DNA of 64,000 nucleotides from a virus (Duplodnaviria; Caudoviricetes): IMG/VR virus record IMGVR_UViG_3300014205_000170, positions 416,001 to 480,000 of that record; one strand, 5' to 3'. Shown piece by piece: positions 1 to 7,569 of this stretch (position 1 is its first letter; each line of letters starts with the position of its first letter). The notes under the pieces were generated by a model. It saw only the letters and a program-made list of their open reading frames with translations, ran no database searches and was not told where the DNA came from. The position numbers and the translations under genes were made by a program.

Positions 1-44
1 AATTAATCACAGAAAAACGTAAAGAAGAAGAAGAAGCAGAAGAA

Positions 45-314
45 TTGGCAAGAAAACGATATTATAAAAAAACAAATAAATTTTTAGGAGATTACGAATA
101 CGATAAAGCTGAATCTTGGGTTGAAATAATAGATAAATATAACACAACCGGAGAATGGAACATTAAAGATATAGTACGTATTATGGAAACTGAAAACGGA
201 GACCGTTACTATCAAACAAAAGATGGTAGAATGCACAAAACTTTAGATAGTGTACGCAGAACAATGAAAAATAAATATTCAAGCGATTGTGATGGTAGTT
301 TTAATGATTTTTAA
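45..314 (+). CDS. hypothetical protein
   Basis: 89-aa ORF co-oriented with the downstream gene; TTG start uncertain. Confidence 0.6.
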   Translation: MARKRYYKKTNKFLGDYEYDKAESWVEIIDKYNTTGEWNIKDIVRIMETENGDRYYQTKDGRMHKTLDSVRRTMKNKYSSDCDGSFNDF

Positions 315-324
315 ATAACCAATT

Positions 325-1962
325 ATGAAAATAAAAAGTATAAGATACGGTTTTGCAAATAATTCATCATCATCACATAGTATTGTGTTTCTAGGAGATT
401 TCAGAGCGGATGATGACGCAGAAGGAACTGATAGTTTTGGTTGGGATTATTTCACCGCTATCAAGGAGCAATCAAAAAAAGAATATCTTTTTGCAACTCT
501 TTTACAAGCAGGTAAAATGGCTCACTATAATGCAACAACTATTTTAACTGAAAAGATTGGGTGGTTAAATCCAGAAGATAAATTTGATAAATCACAACAA
601 GGTTCTAATTATAATGAAAGAGAACAATGTTCTCCTCAAATTAAAACTTTTAAAGATTATTCTAGAAAGGTTGAAAAAGATTTACAATTTGAAATTCTTT
701 TAAAAGATTTTTCAGATGTATTTGGAGAAGAAATGATAAAAAGATGGTTAGATACAGATTATGATGTGGATGAATATATTTCCGGCATTCCTTATATAGA
801 CCATCAATCTGTTTTAGCATTACCAATACATCCAGATGGAAGTTTGCATGCAAAATTTATAAAACATTTCTTTCAAGTTTTAATTAAGGAGAATTTTGCA
901 ATTCTTGGTGGCAATGATAATTCAGGAGAACCACATGATTTAGAAGAACGCGAAACTTATTCAGATAATTTATCAATTAAAGCAGTACAAAAAGTATTGA
1001 ATTTTATTGGAACAGAAGGAAAAGGACCAGTTTGTGTTTATGATGAAATTAATAATGATTTTATTTTACAAAAATACAGAAGTGGTGATAAACTTAGAGT
1101 TTCTTTTGAAATAAATTCTACGACAAATAAAAGTGCTTTTCCGGAACTTGTTGATTTGAAAATTACTGATAACTGTGATTATGGTTGTACTTTTTGTTAT
1201 CAATCATCTACAAAAGAAGGTAAACATGGTGAGTTAGAAAACATTAAAAACACTATAAAAACTCTAGCAAATTCAAAAGTAATGGAAATTGCTATTGGTG
1301 GTGGAGAGCCTACGATGCACCCAAATTTGTTAGAAATTTTACAATTTATCCGAGAGCATAATATGCTTGCTTGTTTTACAACAAAAAATTTCGACTTACA
1401 TAAAAGACCAGATTTTGAACAAATAATAAAAACAGCAAACTCTATTGCATTTTCTTGTAATTCAAAAGCAGAAATTGATAAAGTATTACTTATAAAAGAA
1501 GCAATGCGAGATGGTAGAAATTATCCAGGAAGTGAAGGTATAACAGATGTTTATTTTCAAATGATACCAGAACTAATGAGTAATAATGCATTTGATAACT
1601 CTTTAAATAAATTGGGTTATAGAGAAAAAATAACTCTTCTTGGGTATAAAGATTTTGGTTTTGGAGAAAAATATGCACCAAAAAATAGATTTGAAGATTC
1701 CTCTTGGATTGATACTGTAAAAAAATATTCTAAAGATAAAAATATGGATTTTGGAATTGATTCCGTACTTGTATCTAAGTGGAAAAAAGAACTAATTGAA
1801 AAAGGTGTTAATCCTTTAGCCTTAGTTGGAGAAGAAGGAAAATTTAGTTGTTATGTTGATGCTGTTAATATGACAATTCACAAATCTTCATTTTCTAAAG
1901 AAGAGGGTATTAAATTAACCGGACATGAAGAAACAATCAAAGAACATTTTGCAACGTTCTAA
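325..1962 (+). CDS. radical SAM protein with phage-type N-terminal GFxxNSSSSHS domain
   Basis: CDYGCTFC (CxxxCxxC) plus GGGEP motif; N-terminal RYGFANNSSSSHS. Confidence 0.85.
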   Translation: MKIKSIRYGFANNSSSSHSIVFLGDFRADDDAEGTDSFGWDYFTAIKEQSKKEYLFATLLQAGKMAHYNATTILTEKIGWLNPEDKFDKSQQGSNYNEREQCSPQIKTFKDYSRKVEKDLQFEILLKDFSDVFGEEMIKRWLDTDYDVDEYISGIPYIDHQSVLALPIHPDGSLHAKFIKHFFQVLIKENFAILGGNDNSGEPHDLEERETYSDNLSIKAVQKVLNFIGTEGKGPVCVYDEINNDFILQKYRSGDKLRVSFEINSTTNKSAFPELVDLKITDNCDYGCTFCYQSSTKEGKHGELENIKNTIKTLANSKVMEIAIGGGEPTMHPNLLEILQFIREHNMLACFTTKNFDLHKRPDFEQIIKTANSIAFSCNSKAEIDKVLLIKEAMRDGRNYPGSEGITDVYFQMIPELMSNNAFDNSLNKLGYREKITLLGYKDFGFGEKYAPKNRFEDSSWIDTVKKYSKDKNMDFGIDSVLVSKWKKELIEKGVNPLALVGEEGKFSCYVDAVNMTIHKSSFSKEEGIKLTGHEETIKEHFATF

Positions 1963-2123
1963 ACACTATCGTTTGTTTAAACTCTATTTTTGGAAAATAA
2001 GAAAAGAAATGACAGAAATGTACAACTGGAATCGCGAACGCGGTTATTGGTAAATTTAACGGTGGATTGTTTATGACGTTGGTAATTAGAATTACAAATG
2101 TTCGTTAACAGAAAAATGATAAT

Positions 2124-2342
2124 ATGAAAAACAAAACTTCAAAAAAAGCACAAACCTCCAATGGCATTAAACAATATGTTATGCGAGGTTGCGACTTGAA
2201 AGGAAAAGGTGCAATGTTAGCACTTGGATTGACATACGCATCAAATGGATATAAAGGAGAAATAACTATTGATGCTGACTTTATAACGGCACTATTAGGA
2301 GAGTATGCTGAAATTGCTGTAAAGGCAAGTAATCTCTCATAA
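2124..2342 (+). CDS. hypothetical protein
   Basis: 72-aa ORF in operon orientation. Confidence 0.55.
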   Translation: MKNKTSKKAQTSNGIKQYVMRGCDLKGKGAMLALGLTYASNGYKGEITIDADFITALLGEYAEIAVKASNLS

Positions 2343-2344
2343 CA

Positions 2345-2611
2345 ATGAGTAGAAGTAAAAAACAGAAAAATCCTTCTGGAAAAAAATATACAAAACCTAG
2401 GAAAATGAAACCTTATTGTTTGACTGGGGAGAAAAGAAATCACGTAAGTTATCTTGAATCTGGTGCTTCATATGAAAATTATAATAATCCTGCGGATGCA
2501 AAAAAAGCAAGAGACGATTTTCAATTAGAAAGAAAAGCCGAGAAGAAAAAAACTAGGCAACAGGCTAAAAATAAACTAAGGAAAGATTTAGATAATCTAG
2601 ATGAAGATTAA
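2345..2611 (+). CDS. hypothetical basic protein
   Basis: 88-aa ORF abutting the upstream ORF. Confidence 0.6.
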   Translation: MSRSKKQKNPSGKKYTKPRKMKPYCLTGEKRNHVSYLESGASYENYNNPADAKKARDDFQLERKAEKKKTRQQAKNKLRKDLDNLDED

Positions 2612-2625
2612 AATTTTTAATTAAA

Positions 2626-2658
2626 ATTTGCTTTTTTATAAAATTTTATTTACATTTG
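2626..2658 (+). promoter_or_regulatory. Bacteroidetes primary-sigma promoter (-33 TTTG / -7 TACATTTG)
   Basis: TTTG ... TACATTTG matches the TAnnTTTG consensus upstream of ATG 2692. Confidence 0.6.
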
Positions 2659-2691
2659 TATTCTATAATTAAGAGAGAAAAAATAATCATT

Positions 2692-3228
2692 ATGAAAATT
2701 ACAGTATCAGAAGCATTAAGGTTGAAAAATGAATTAGCAAAAACAGTTCAAGCTATTCATTCTGAAACATACAGAGCTCCTTTAGGAATTACAAAGGAAG
2801 ATGGTCAATCATTAACCGATGAAAAGGATGGTCAAAAATTCAATGAAGCTGTTGATAGATTATCAAAAGCTTTATCTTTTTCAGAAGAAATTAATTCAAA
2901 AATTGCTCAATTTAATAAAGAAAATAAAATTGACGATAAAGTGCGCTCAATGCAAAATGATAAATTATTACTAGGAGTATTTGAAGGTTCTTTAGTGAGA
3001 ACAAAAGCAGCTAAATCGACCAAGTTTGAAAATCTTGGTAATGGAACACGAAAAGCAATTGTTGTGGAATATGTTCCAACTGTTACTTCAAGTGAGGTAA
3101 AATCAAAAATCGCACACTATAAAACAAAATACAGAACATTGCAAAATGAAATTGAAAAATTGAATCAAGGTTTTGTAGAACTTACGTTCTCATATGATGA
3201 TGTTGAATCTTTAGTTTCAGCACAATAA
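2692..3228 (+). CDS. DIP1984/DUF6847-like coiled-coil protein
   Basis: MKITVSEALRLKNEL N-terminus, KIAQFN, C-terminal LQNEIEKLN; ATG 2692 preferred over TTG 2656, which lies inside the promoter. Confidence 0.6.
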   Translation: MKITVSEALRLKNELAKTVQAIHSETYRAPLGITKEDGQSLTDEKDGQKFNEAVDRLSKALSFSEEINSKIAQFNKENKIDDKVRSMQNDKLLLGVFEGSLVRTKAAKSTKFENLGNGTRKAIVVEYVPTVTSSEVKSKIAHYKTKYRTLQNEIEKLNQGFVELTFSYDDVESLVSAQ

Positions 3229-3233
3229 AATAT

Positions 3234-3491
3234 TCTCAGGCCAGTACATCGGGTGCCGGTGACCTTTACCGGATAGGTTCTAGCGACGATACACTAGATA
3301 GTTTTGAGGAAGTTTCAGAAGAAACGGCCACCGAATCAGAAATGGTTTACAATTCAGATATGAAATCTTAACGATAGCATTGACTCAAAAAGGCTAAAAC
3401 GTAAAATTGCAAAATTTAAGATTGTAAAAAAGAAAAATGATGGGTTCGATTCCCTGAGTATGAAAATGGCTAATTTTTGGAAAACCTGAGA
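3234..3491 (+). ncRNA. candidate ~260-nt structured RNA downstream of the DIP1984-like gene
   Basis: Closing stem TCTCAGG/CCTGAGA; internal hairpins CCGGT/ACCGG and CTAG/CTAG; ACTCA/TGAGT enclosing A-rich 7-8 nt repeats and a GGG-TTCGATT-CCC T-loop hairpin. Confidence 0.55.
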
Positions 3492-3545
3492 TACCTTATT
3501 TTTAATGTAACCTTTTTTAAAAGTTTGCGTTAAAGGATAAGAAAT

Positions 3546-3662
3546 GGCGAAATAGCTTATGCGGTAAAGCAGTTATTTTGATTAGTTTGTATGGTTTTCC
3601 CAAAGAAAGTTGTATAAAATAGTTAGAATGAAAGGAAGGGGGTTCAAACACTTCTTTCGCCA
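3546..3662 (+). ncRNA. tRNA-like RNA with expanded anticodon arm
   Basis: Acceptor GGCGAAA/TTTCGCC-A, D arm GCTT..AAGC, TTCAA T-loop; about 50-nt arm instead of a 17-nt anticodon arm. Confidence 0.55.
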
Positions 3663-3728
3663 CAAAAAAAAATAATTTAAAAAATATTTGGATTTTAAAA
3701 AAATCTGCGTATATTTACAAAATATAAC

Positions 3729-3818
3729 ATGAGAACAAATACGTCACATAACCATTTTAATAAATCGACTTTTAGTAATAAAAGCCGAATGGGTGTGCTT
3801 TGTGCTCTTGAAAGATAA
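3729..3818 (+). CDS. leader peptide 1 of the Phe/Ser/Asn/His/Thr tRNA operon (MRTNTSHNHFNKSTFSNKSRMGVLCALER)
   Basis: ATG..TAA uORF; residues 3-19 are only T,N,S,H,F,K; followed by antiterminator/terminator and tRNAs for these amino acids. Confidence 0.8.
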   Translation: MRTNTSHNHFNKSTFSNKSRMGVLCALER

Positions 3819-3846
3819 TGAGAGTAAAAAAGATTTAAAACAACAC

Positions 3847-3880
3847 ACCCTGGCCGCTTAAACGTCAGGGTTTTTTGTTT
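3847..3880 (+). terminator. attenuator terminator 1
   Basis: ACCCTGGC/GTCAGGGT stem plus T tract; 5' arm overlaps CACACCC (3844-3850), complementary to GGGTGTG (3791-3797). Confidence 0.8.
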
Positions 3881-3902
3881 TAATGAAGTTCTTTAAAATA
3901 TT

Positions 3903-3975
3903 GGAGATGTAGCTCAGTTGGTAGAGCAAGGGACTGAAAATCCCTGTGTCAGCGGTTCGATTCCACTCATTTCCA
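3903..3975 (+). tRNA. tRNA-Phe(GAA)
   Basis: canonical cloverleaf, loop CTGAAAA. Confidence 0.95.
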
Positions 3976-4008
3976 CAACGTTCGAATGGTACACGTTAAG
4001 TACCCCAT

Positions 4009-4081
4009 GGATACATAGCTCAGTGAGAAGAGCGCTCCGCTGAAGACGGAGAGGTCGGTAGTTCGATTCTACCTGTATCCA
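4009..4081 (+). tRNA. tRNA-Phe(GAA)
   Basis: CTCCG-CTGAAGA-CGGAG anticodon arm. Confidence 0.9.
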
Positions 4082-4090
4082 CAAATATCC

Positions 4091-4176
4091 GGAAGCTCCC
4101 AGTAGACAGAGGTACACCGTCTTGAAAACGGCTAGGGCAGTAAAATGCCGTGAGAGTTGGACTCTCTCAGTTTCCG
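4091..4176 (+). tRNA. tRNA-Ser(TGA), atypical D arm and T loop
   Basis: loop CTTGAAA, long variable arm, G73; T loop TTGGACT. Confidence 0.75.
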
Positions 4177-4207
4177 CAAAAAATTGTTCTTTGAAATGTA
4201 ATTTATT

Positions 4208-4292
4208 GGAGGTTTGACAGAGCGGTAATGTGCTTGTTTGCTAAACAACGGCTAGGATAACACCTACAGGGATTCGATTTCCTTAACCTCCG
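4208..4292 (+). tRNA. tRNA-Ser(GCT)
   Basis: loop TTGCTAA, long variable arm. Confidence 0.9.
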
Positions 4293-4301
4293 CAACAAAC
4301 T

Positions 4302-4386
4302 GGAAAAATGGCCGAGTGGTTTAAGGCGCACGCTTGGAAAGCGTGTAAACAGAAGTGTTTCGTGAGTTCGAATCTCGCTTTTTCCG
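4302..4386 (+). tRNA. tRNA-Ser(GGA)
   Basis: loop TTGGAAA, long variable arm. Confidence 0.95.
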
Positions 4387-4402
4387 CACTAAAAAATAAA
4401 AA

Positions 4403-4708
4403 ATGAATAAATACGCAAGACTCCAACAAGAATTAAGTACAGTTGGAGAAGGTAAAATGAAAGGTTTTGGTAATTCAATGATGCCAATTATTAAATCCGG
4501 TTCGTTATTAACCTTTAAAAAAGCAGATGACTATGATATAGGTGATATAGTTTTCTGCAAAGTTAAAGGACGCTACATAGATGCACACAAGATTACAAAA
4601 AAAGATGCACAAGGTAGATGTATGATAGCAAACAATAAAGGATTTGAAAATGGATGGACTACACAAATTTTTGGAAAAGTAGTCGACATTGAAGAACCAA
4701 AAAAATAA
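4403..4708 (+). CDS. S24/S26 peptidase-fold protein
   Basis: GNSMMP..GDIV..AHKI motifs of the LexA/signal peptidase fold. Confidence 0.65.
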   Translation: MNKYARLQQELSTVGEGKMKGFGNSMMPIIKSGSLLTFKKADDYDIGDIVFCKVKGRYIDAHKITKKDAQGRCMIANNKGFENGWTTQIFGKVVDIEEPKK

Positions 4709-4713
4709 ACACT

Positions 4714-4787
4714 GGGGGAGTAGCTATTAATGTTAGAGCGGTCCGTTGTTAGCGGAAGTGTTGGCGGTTCGAGTCCGTCCTCCCCCG
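4714..4787 (+). tRNA. tRNA-Asn(GTT), G1-C72 variant
   Basis: TCCG-TTGTTAG-CGGA, G73. Confidence 0.8.
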
Positions 4788-4792
4788 CAAAT

Positions 4793-4879
4793 TCTTGGGT
4801 TGCTTTAGTGGCCGAAAAGTCCAGACTGTTAATCTGGTGAGTTCATACTCCATCGCAGGTTCGACTCCTGCCCCAAGAG
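4793..4879 (+). tRNA. tRNA-Asn(GTT) with long variable arm
   Basis: CCAGA-CTGTTAA-TCTGG; variable arm GAGTTCATACTC. Confidence 0.85.
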
Positions 4880-4884
4880 CAAAA

Positions 4885-4965
4885 CCATCTAAAAGATGAA
4901 AGTGGTTGTGTAGCTACTCATTTTTATCAGTTGGCAAACGAAGGTTCGAATCCTTCTTGGATGGG
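4885..4965 (+). ncRNA. tRNA-like RNA lacking D and anticodon arms
   Basis: 8-bp acceptor CCATCTAA/TTGGATGG, perfect T arm GAAGG-TTCGAAT-CCTTC, one long hairpin between. Confidence 0.55.
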
Positions 4966-5001
4966 CGAAAGTTTAAATTTGTACTTTGAACAAGTTAACA
5001 T

Positions 5002-5088
5002 GGTAGATGTAACCGGTAATGGCAACCGACCAGTTTGTGGAACTGGAATGAAGAAATTCTAACGTGGGTTCAATTCCCATCTTCTACC
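5002..5088 (+). tRNA. tRNA-His(GTG) with G-1 and long variable arm
   Basis: CCAGT-TTGTGGA-ACTGG; G-1:C73. Confidence 0.85.
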
Positions 5089-5105
5089 CAATAAAATTAA
5101 TTGTA

Positions 5106-5750
5106 ATGGAATTACAGATTGAAAAACAATCAAAAGGTGTGAGAATCATCTCAGGTCAAGAAGCAAAGAATAGAAGAAAGGTCTTGAACGATTTGATTAA
5201 ACTTGCAGAGGAAAAACAATATGAAGAAATAATTCTTCCTAGTGTTGAACCGCAAGCAATTTACACTGAAAAAGCAGGACAAGAAATTCTTGGACAAATG
5301 TATACGTTCAAAGATAAAGGTGAACGAGAAATTTGTTTAAGACCAGAAGGAACTGCAACGGTACAATTGATTGCAAATAAATATTGGAAGAACCAAAAAG
5401 ATGTGAAGTTGTGGTATTTTGAAAGATGTTGGAGATATGAGAGACCACAAGCAGGAAGATACAGAGAGTTTTTTCAATTTGGTGTTGAATGGATAAATCC
5501 AAGAAACATTGAAGAAGCAAAAAGAGAATTAATTGATTTGTCAAAAAATATGGTGAAGTTAGTAACTAACGAAATTGAAGTAAATGAAAGCGTAAAAAGA
5601 GGATTGAGTTATTACATCACAGAAGGTTTTGAAATTTCAATTCCATCTTTGGGAGCGCAGAAACAAGTTGTTGGTGGTGGGGCATATAAAGAAGGAATAG
5701 GATTTGCAGTAGGATTTGATAGAATGATGTTAAAATATAAGTTGCCATAG
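5106..5750 (+). CDS. hisS: minimal histidyl-tRNA synthetase (catalytic core only)
   Basis: LRPEGT, motif 2 RYERPQAGRYREFFQFGVE, RGLSYY, GGGAY, motif 3 GIGFAVGFDR; no anticodon-binding domain; ATG 5106 chosen because GTG 5064 lies inside tRNA-His. Confidence 0.85.
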   Translation: MELQIEKQSKGVRIISGQEAKNRRKVLNDLIKLAEEKQYEEIILPSVEPQAIYTEKAGQEILGQMYTFKDKGEREICLRPEGTATVQLIANKYWKNQKDVKLWYFERCWRYERPQAGRYREFFQFGVEWINPRNIEEAKRELIDLSKNMVKLVTNEIEVNESVKRGLSYYITEGFEISIPSLGAQKQVVGGGAYKEGIGFAVGFDRMMLKYKLP

Positions 5751-5813
5751 TTCATTTGGAAGAACACTTCCTTGGTAAGGAAGAGGTGGACAGGTCGGAG
5801 CTGTCTGGCAACT
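5741..5813 (+). tRNA. tRNA-Thr(GGT), atypical T loop
   Basis: CTTCC-TTGGTAA-GGAAG; acceptor GTTGCCA/TGGCAAC; overlaps the hisS stop codon. Confidence 0.8.
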
Positions 5814-5835
5814 ATAATAAATAAAAAAAAGTAAA

Positions 5836-6165
5836 ATGAAAACAACAGTAGAATTTAGACAGAAGTTTCTCACCGAACGGGATGAGAGTGGGCGTTTTAT
5901 TGTAACGTCGTACAGAACTGGTAAATTATATTTTGTTGAACCAATAGGTGGTGATAGACCAGCTGATTGGGGTTCGTATAATCCTAGTACTGGAAACATT
6001 GAAAATAAAAAAGGAACAGGAAAATTCAGAGGTTCAATTGATGAGAAAGATTCAATGATAACTAAAGAAAACGGTTTTGATGATATTCATTATGCCGGTA
6101 TTGGTGGTTCTCCATTTAGTAAAATCGATGAATTGGATGCGAAATATCCAAGTTTGAATAAATAA
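5836..6165 (+). CDS. conserved-looking phage hypothetical protein
   Basis: 109-aa ORF with a plausible start. Confidence 0.7.
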   Translation: MKTTVEFRQKFLTERDESGRFIVTSYRTGKLYFVEPIGGDRPADWGSYNPSTGNIENKKGTGKFRGSIDEKDSMITKENGFDDIHYAGIGGSPFSKIDELDAKYPSLNK

Positions 6166-6197
6166 AAAAGTAATAACAAAAATAAAAAATAGAAATA

Positions 6198-6269
6198 ATG
6201 TTAGTAGTAGTAGCAATCGTAATAAAAAAGAAAAAGAAACCTTGGTCACAAGGGACGATTGCGTATTGA
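6198..6269 (+). CDS. leader peptide 2 of the tRNA-Lys cluster (MLVVVAIVIKKKKKPWSQGTIAY)
   Basis: uORF with AAA AAG AAA AAG AAA run, followed by a terminator and five tRNA-Lys genes. Confidence 0.8.
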   Translation: MLVVVAIVIKKKKKPWSQGTIAY

Positions 6270-6291
6270 CTTTATTTTAATAAAGTTTCAT

Positions 6292-6326
6292 AAGCCTGAG
6301 TCTCTTTGTAGATTCAGGCTTTTTTA
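6292..6326 (+). terminator. attenuator terminator 2
   Basis: AAGCCTGAGTCT/AGATTCAGGCTT stem plus T tract immediately before the first tRNA-Lys. Confidence 0.8.
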
Positions 6327-6328
6327 TT

Positions 6329-6413
6329 GCACCTATGGCTCAATTGGTAGAGCAACCGGCTTTTAACCGGTGGGGTCCGTAAGGCGTTGAGGGTTCGAGT
6401 CCCTCTGGGTGCA
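6329..6413 (+). tRNA. tRNA-Lys(TTT) with long variable arm
   Basis: ACCGG-CTTTTAA-CCGGT. Confidence 0.9.
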
Positions 6414-6417
6414 CAAA

Positions 6418-6490
6418 CCTCTTGTAGCAAACTGGTTGTAGGCAATAGTCTTTTAAACTATGGGGCTTGGTTCGATTCCAAGCGGGAGGA
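6418..6490 (+). tRNA. tRNA-Lys(TTT)
   Basis: ATAGT-CTTTTAA-ACTAT. Confidence 0.85.
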
Positions 6491-6501
6491 CAACATAATT
6501 T

Positions 6502-6577
6502 CCATTCGTAGCAAAATTTGGTTTTTGCTCCTGACTTTTAATCAGAATAAAAGTGGGTTCGATTCCCACCGGATGGA
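6502..6577 (+). tRNA. tRNA-Lys(TTT)
   Basis: CTGA-CTTTTAA-TCAG. Confidence 0.85.
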
Positions 6578-6582
6578 CAAAT

Positions 6583-6656
6583 GCTTTCGTAGCTCAGTTG
6601 GTAGATGCATCTCACTTTTAATGAGAGGGTCGCAGGTTCGAGTCCTGCCGGGAGCA
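6583..6656 (+). tRNA. tRNA-Lys(TTT)
   Basis: TCTCA-CTTTTAA-TGAGA. Confidence 0.95.
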
Positions 6657-6677
6657 CTTATTAAAAAACAAAATACA

Positions 6678-6881
6678 ATGGAAGAATATTCATATTGGGA
6701 AATTTGGTACATTTCATGCGAAGGCAATGAAAGATGGACAACAGCAAGAGCTCCTATTGATTGGGAAGAATGGCAAGTTAGAGACCGAATACCCAGAGGT
6801 GGTTGTGGTGATGATGTATCCGAAGTAACATCAGTACACTCAACTTATGACGATGATTATTCGTGGGATTTTACAGAATAA
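6678..6881 (+). CDS. small acidic Trp-rich hypothetical protein
   Basis: ATG 6678; the longer 6387 call runs through tRNAs. Confidence 0.65.
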   Translation: MEEYSYWEIWYISCEGNERWTTARAPIDWEEWQVRDRIPRGGCGDDVSEVTSVHSTYDDDYSWDFTE

Positions 6882-6888
6882 CAACATT

Positions 6889-6961
6889 GCCTTCATAGCT
6901 TAATTGGTAGAGCTGCAGATTCTTACTCTGAGGGTTGGGGGTTCAAGTCCCTCTGGAGGCA
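6889..6961 (+). tRNA. tRNA-Lys(CTT)
   Basis: CAGA-TTCTTAC-TCTG. Confidence 0.9.
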
Positions 6962-7011
6962 CACTTATTAAAATAATGGTCTATTTATCATTACACTTAA
7001 AAACTATCAAA

Positions 7012-7203
7012 ATGATTTTAGAAGCTTATTGCCTTAAAACAAAACAAAAAGAAGTAATGGTTAATCCTGTAATACATAAAACTGCCAAAGGTGGTTATAT
7101 GGCAAAAGGAGAAAGCAAAGATGGACATAAAATGGCACTCATCCTTGGTAAGGAGAAAGCCGAAGCTGCTGCTGAGGCCGGAATCCCAAAAGAAGGTTGG
7201 TAA
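7012..7203 (+). CDS. DUF5679-like small protein
   Basis: MILEAYCLKTK...GYMAKG pattern; start after the tRNA. Confidence 0.6.
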   Translation: MILEAYCLKTKQKEVMVNPVIHKTAKGGYMAKGESKDGHKMALILGKEKAEAAAEAGIPKEGW

Positions 7204-7210
7204 CACAATT

Positions 7211-7237
7211 AAAGCTTGAGAAAAAACTCAAGCTTTT
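7211..7237. terminator. bidirectional intrinsic terminator
   Basis: AAAGCTTGAG/CTCAAGCTTT between convergent genes. Confidence 0.75.
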
Positions 7238-7525
7238 TTAATTTTCCCACCAATCACTGCAATATTCATCTGCCGGTGCTGGTAAGTTTGAATCTCCACC
7301 ATTCCATTGAATCCAATATTTATTATTGCAACTTTTCTTGTCTTCTCCTAAAAATTTACAATTCACACAAGATGAGCCACCTTTAGGTACGCGTATTCCA
7401 GCTTTATGATTTTCAGGTAAGTGATACTCTCCATTTCCGCCATATTCACCTTCGTTTACATGTGCAGATTCTTTAATAACCTTAATTCGATTAAGGATGT
7501 TGTTTACTAGCTCGTCATTTCCCAT
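7238..7525 (-). CDS. Cys-rich hypothetical protein
   Basis: CVNC..C..C..WW pattern. Confidence 0.7.
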   Translation of the reverse strand: MGNDELVNNILNRIKVIKESAHVNEGEYGGNGEYHLPENHKAGIRVPKGGSSCVNCKFLGEDKKSCNNKYWIQWNGGDSNLPAPADEYCSDWWEN

Positions 7526-7569
7526 TATAGTAAAGTTTTGCTATATGTAAATATATCAGTAAATTTGCT

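Noticed and set aside
3780-3880. T-box riboswitch reading of the GGGTGTG elements (also 11318)
   Set aside because: No UGGNACC bulge or Stem I motifs; an in-frame uORF and direct pairing with the terminator arm explain the element better.
4091-4176. Possible selenocysteine or suppressor tRNA
   Set aside because: The anticodon is TGA (Ser), not TCA; no CTA, TTA or TCA anticodons were seen in the window.
5106-5750. HisZ (ATP phosphoribosyltransferase regulatory subunit)
   Set aside because: It retains the HisRS histidine-binding loops and sits next to tRNA-His, with no hisG in the window.
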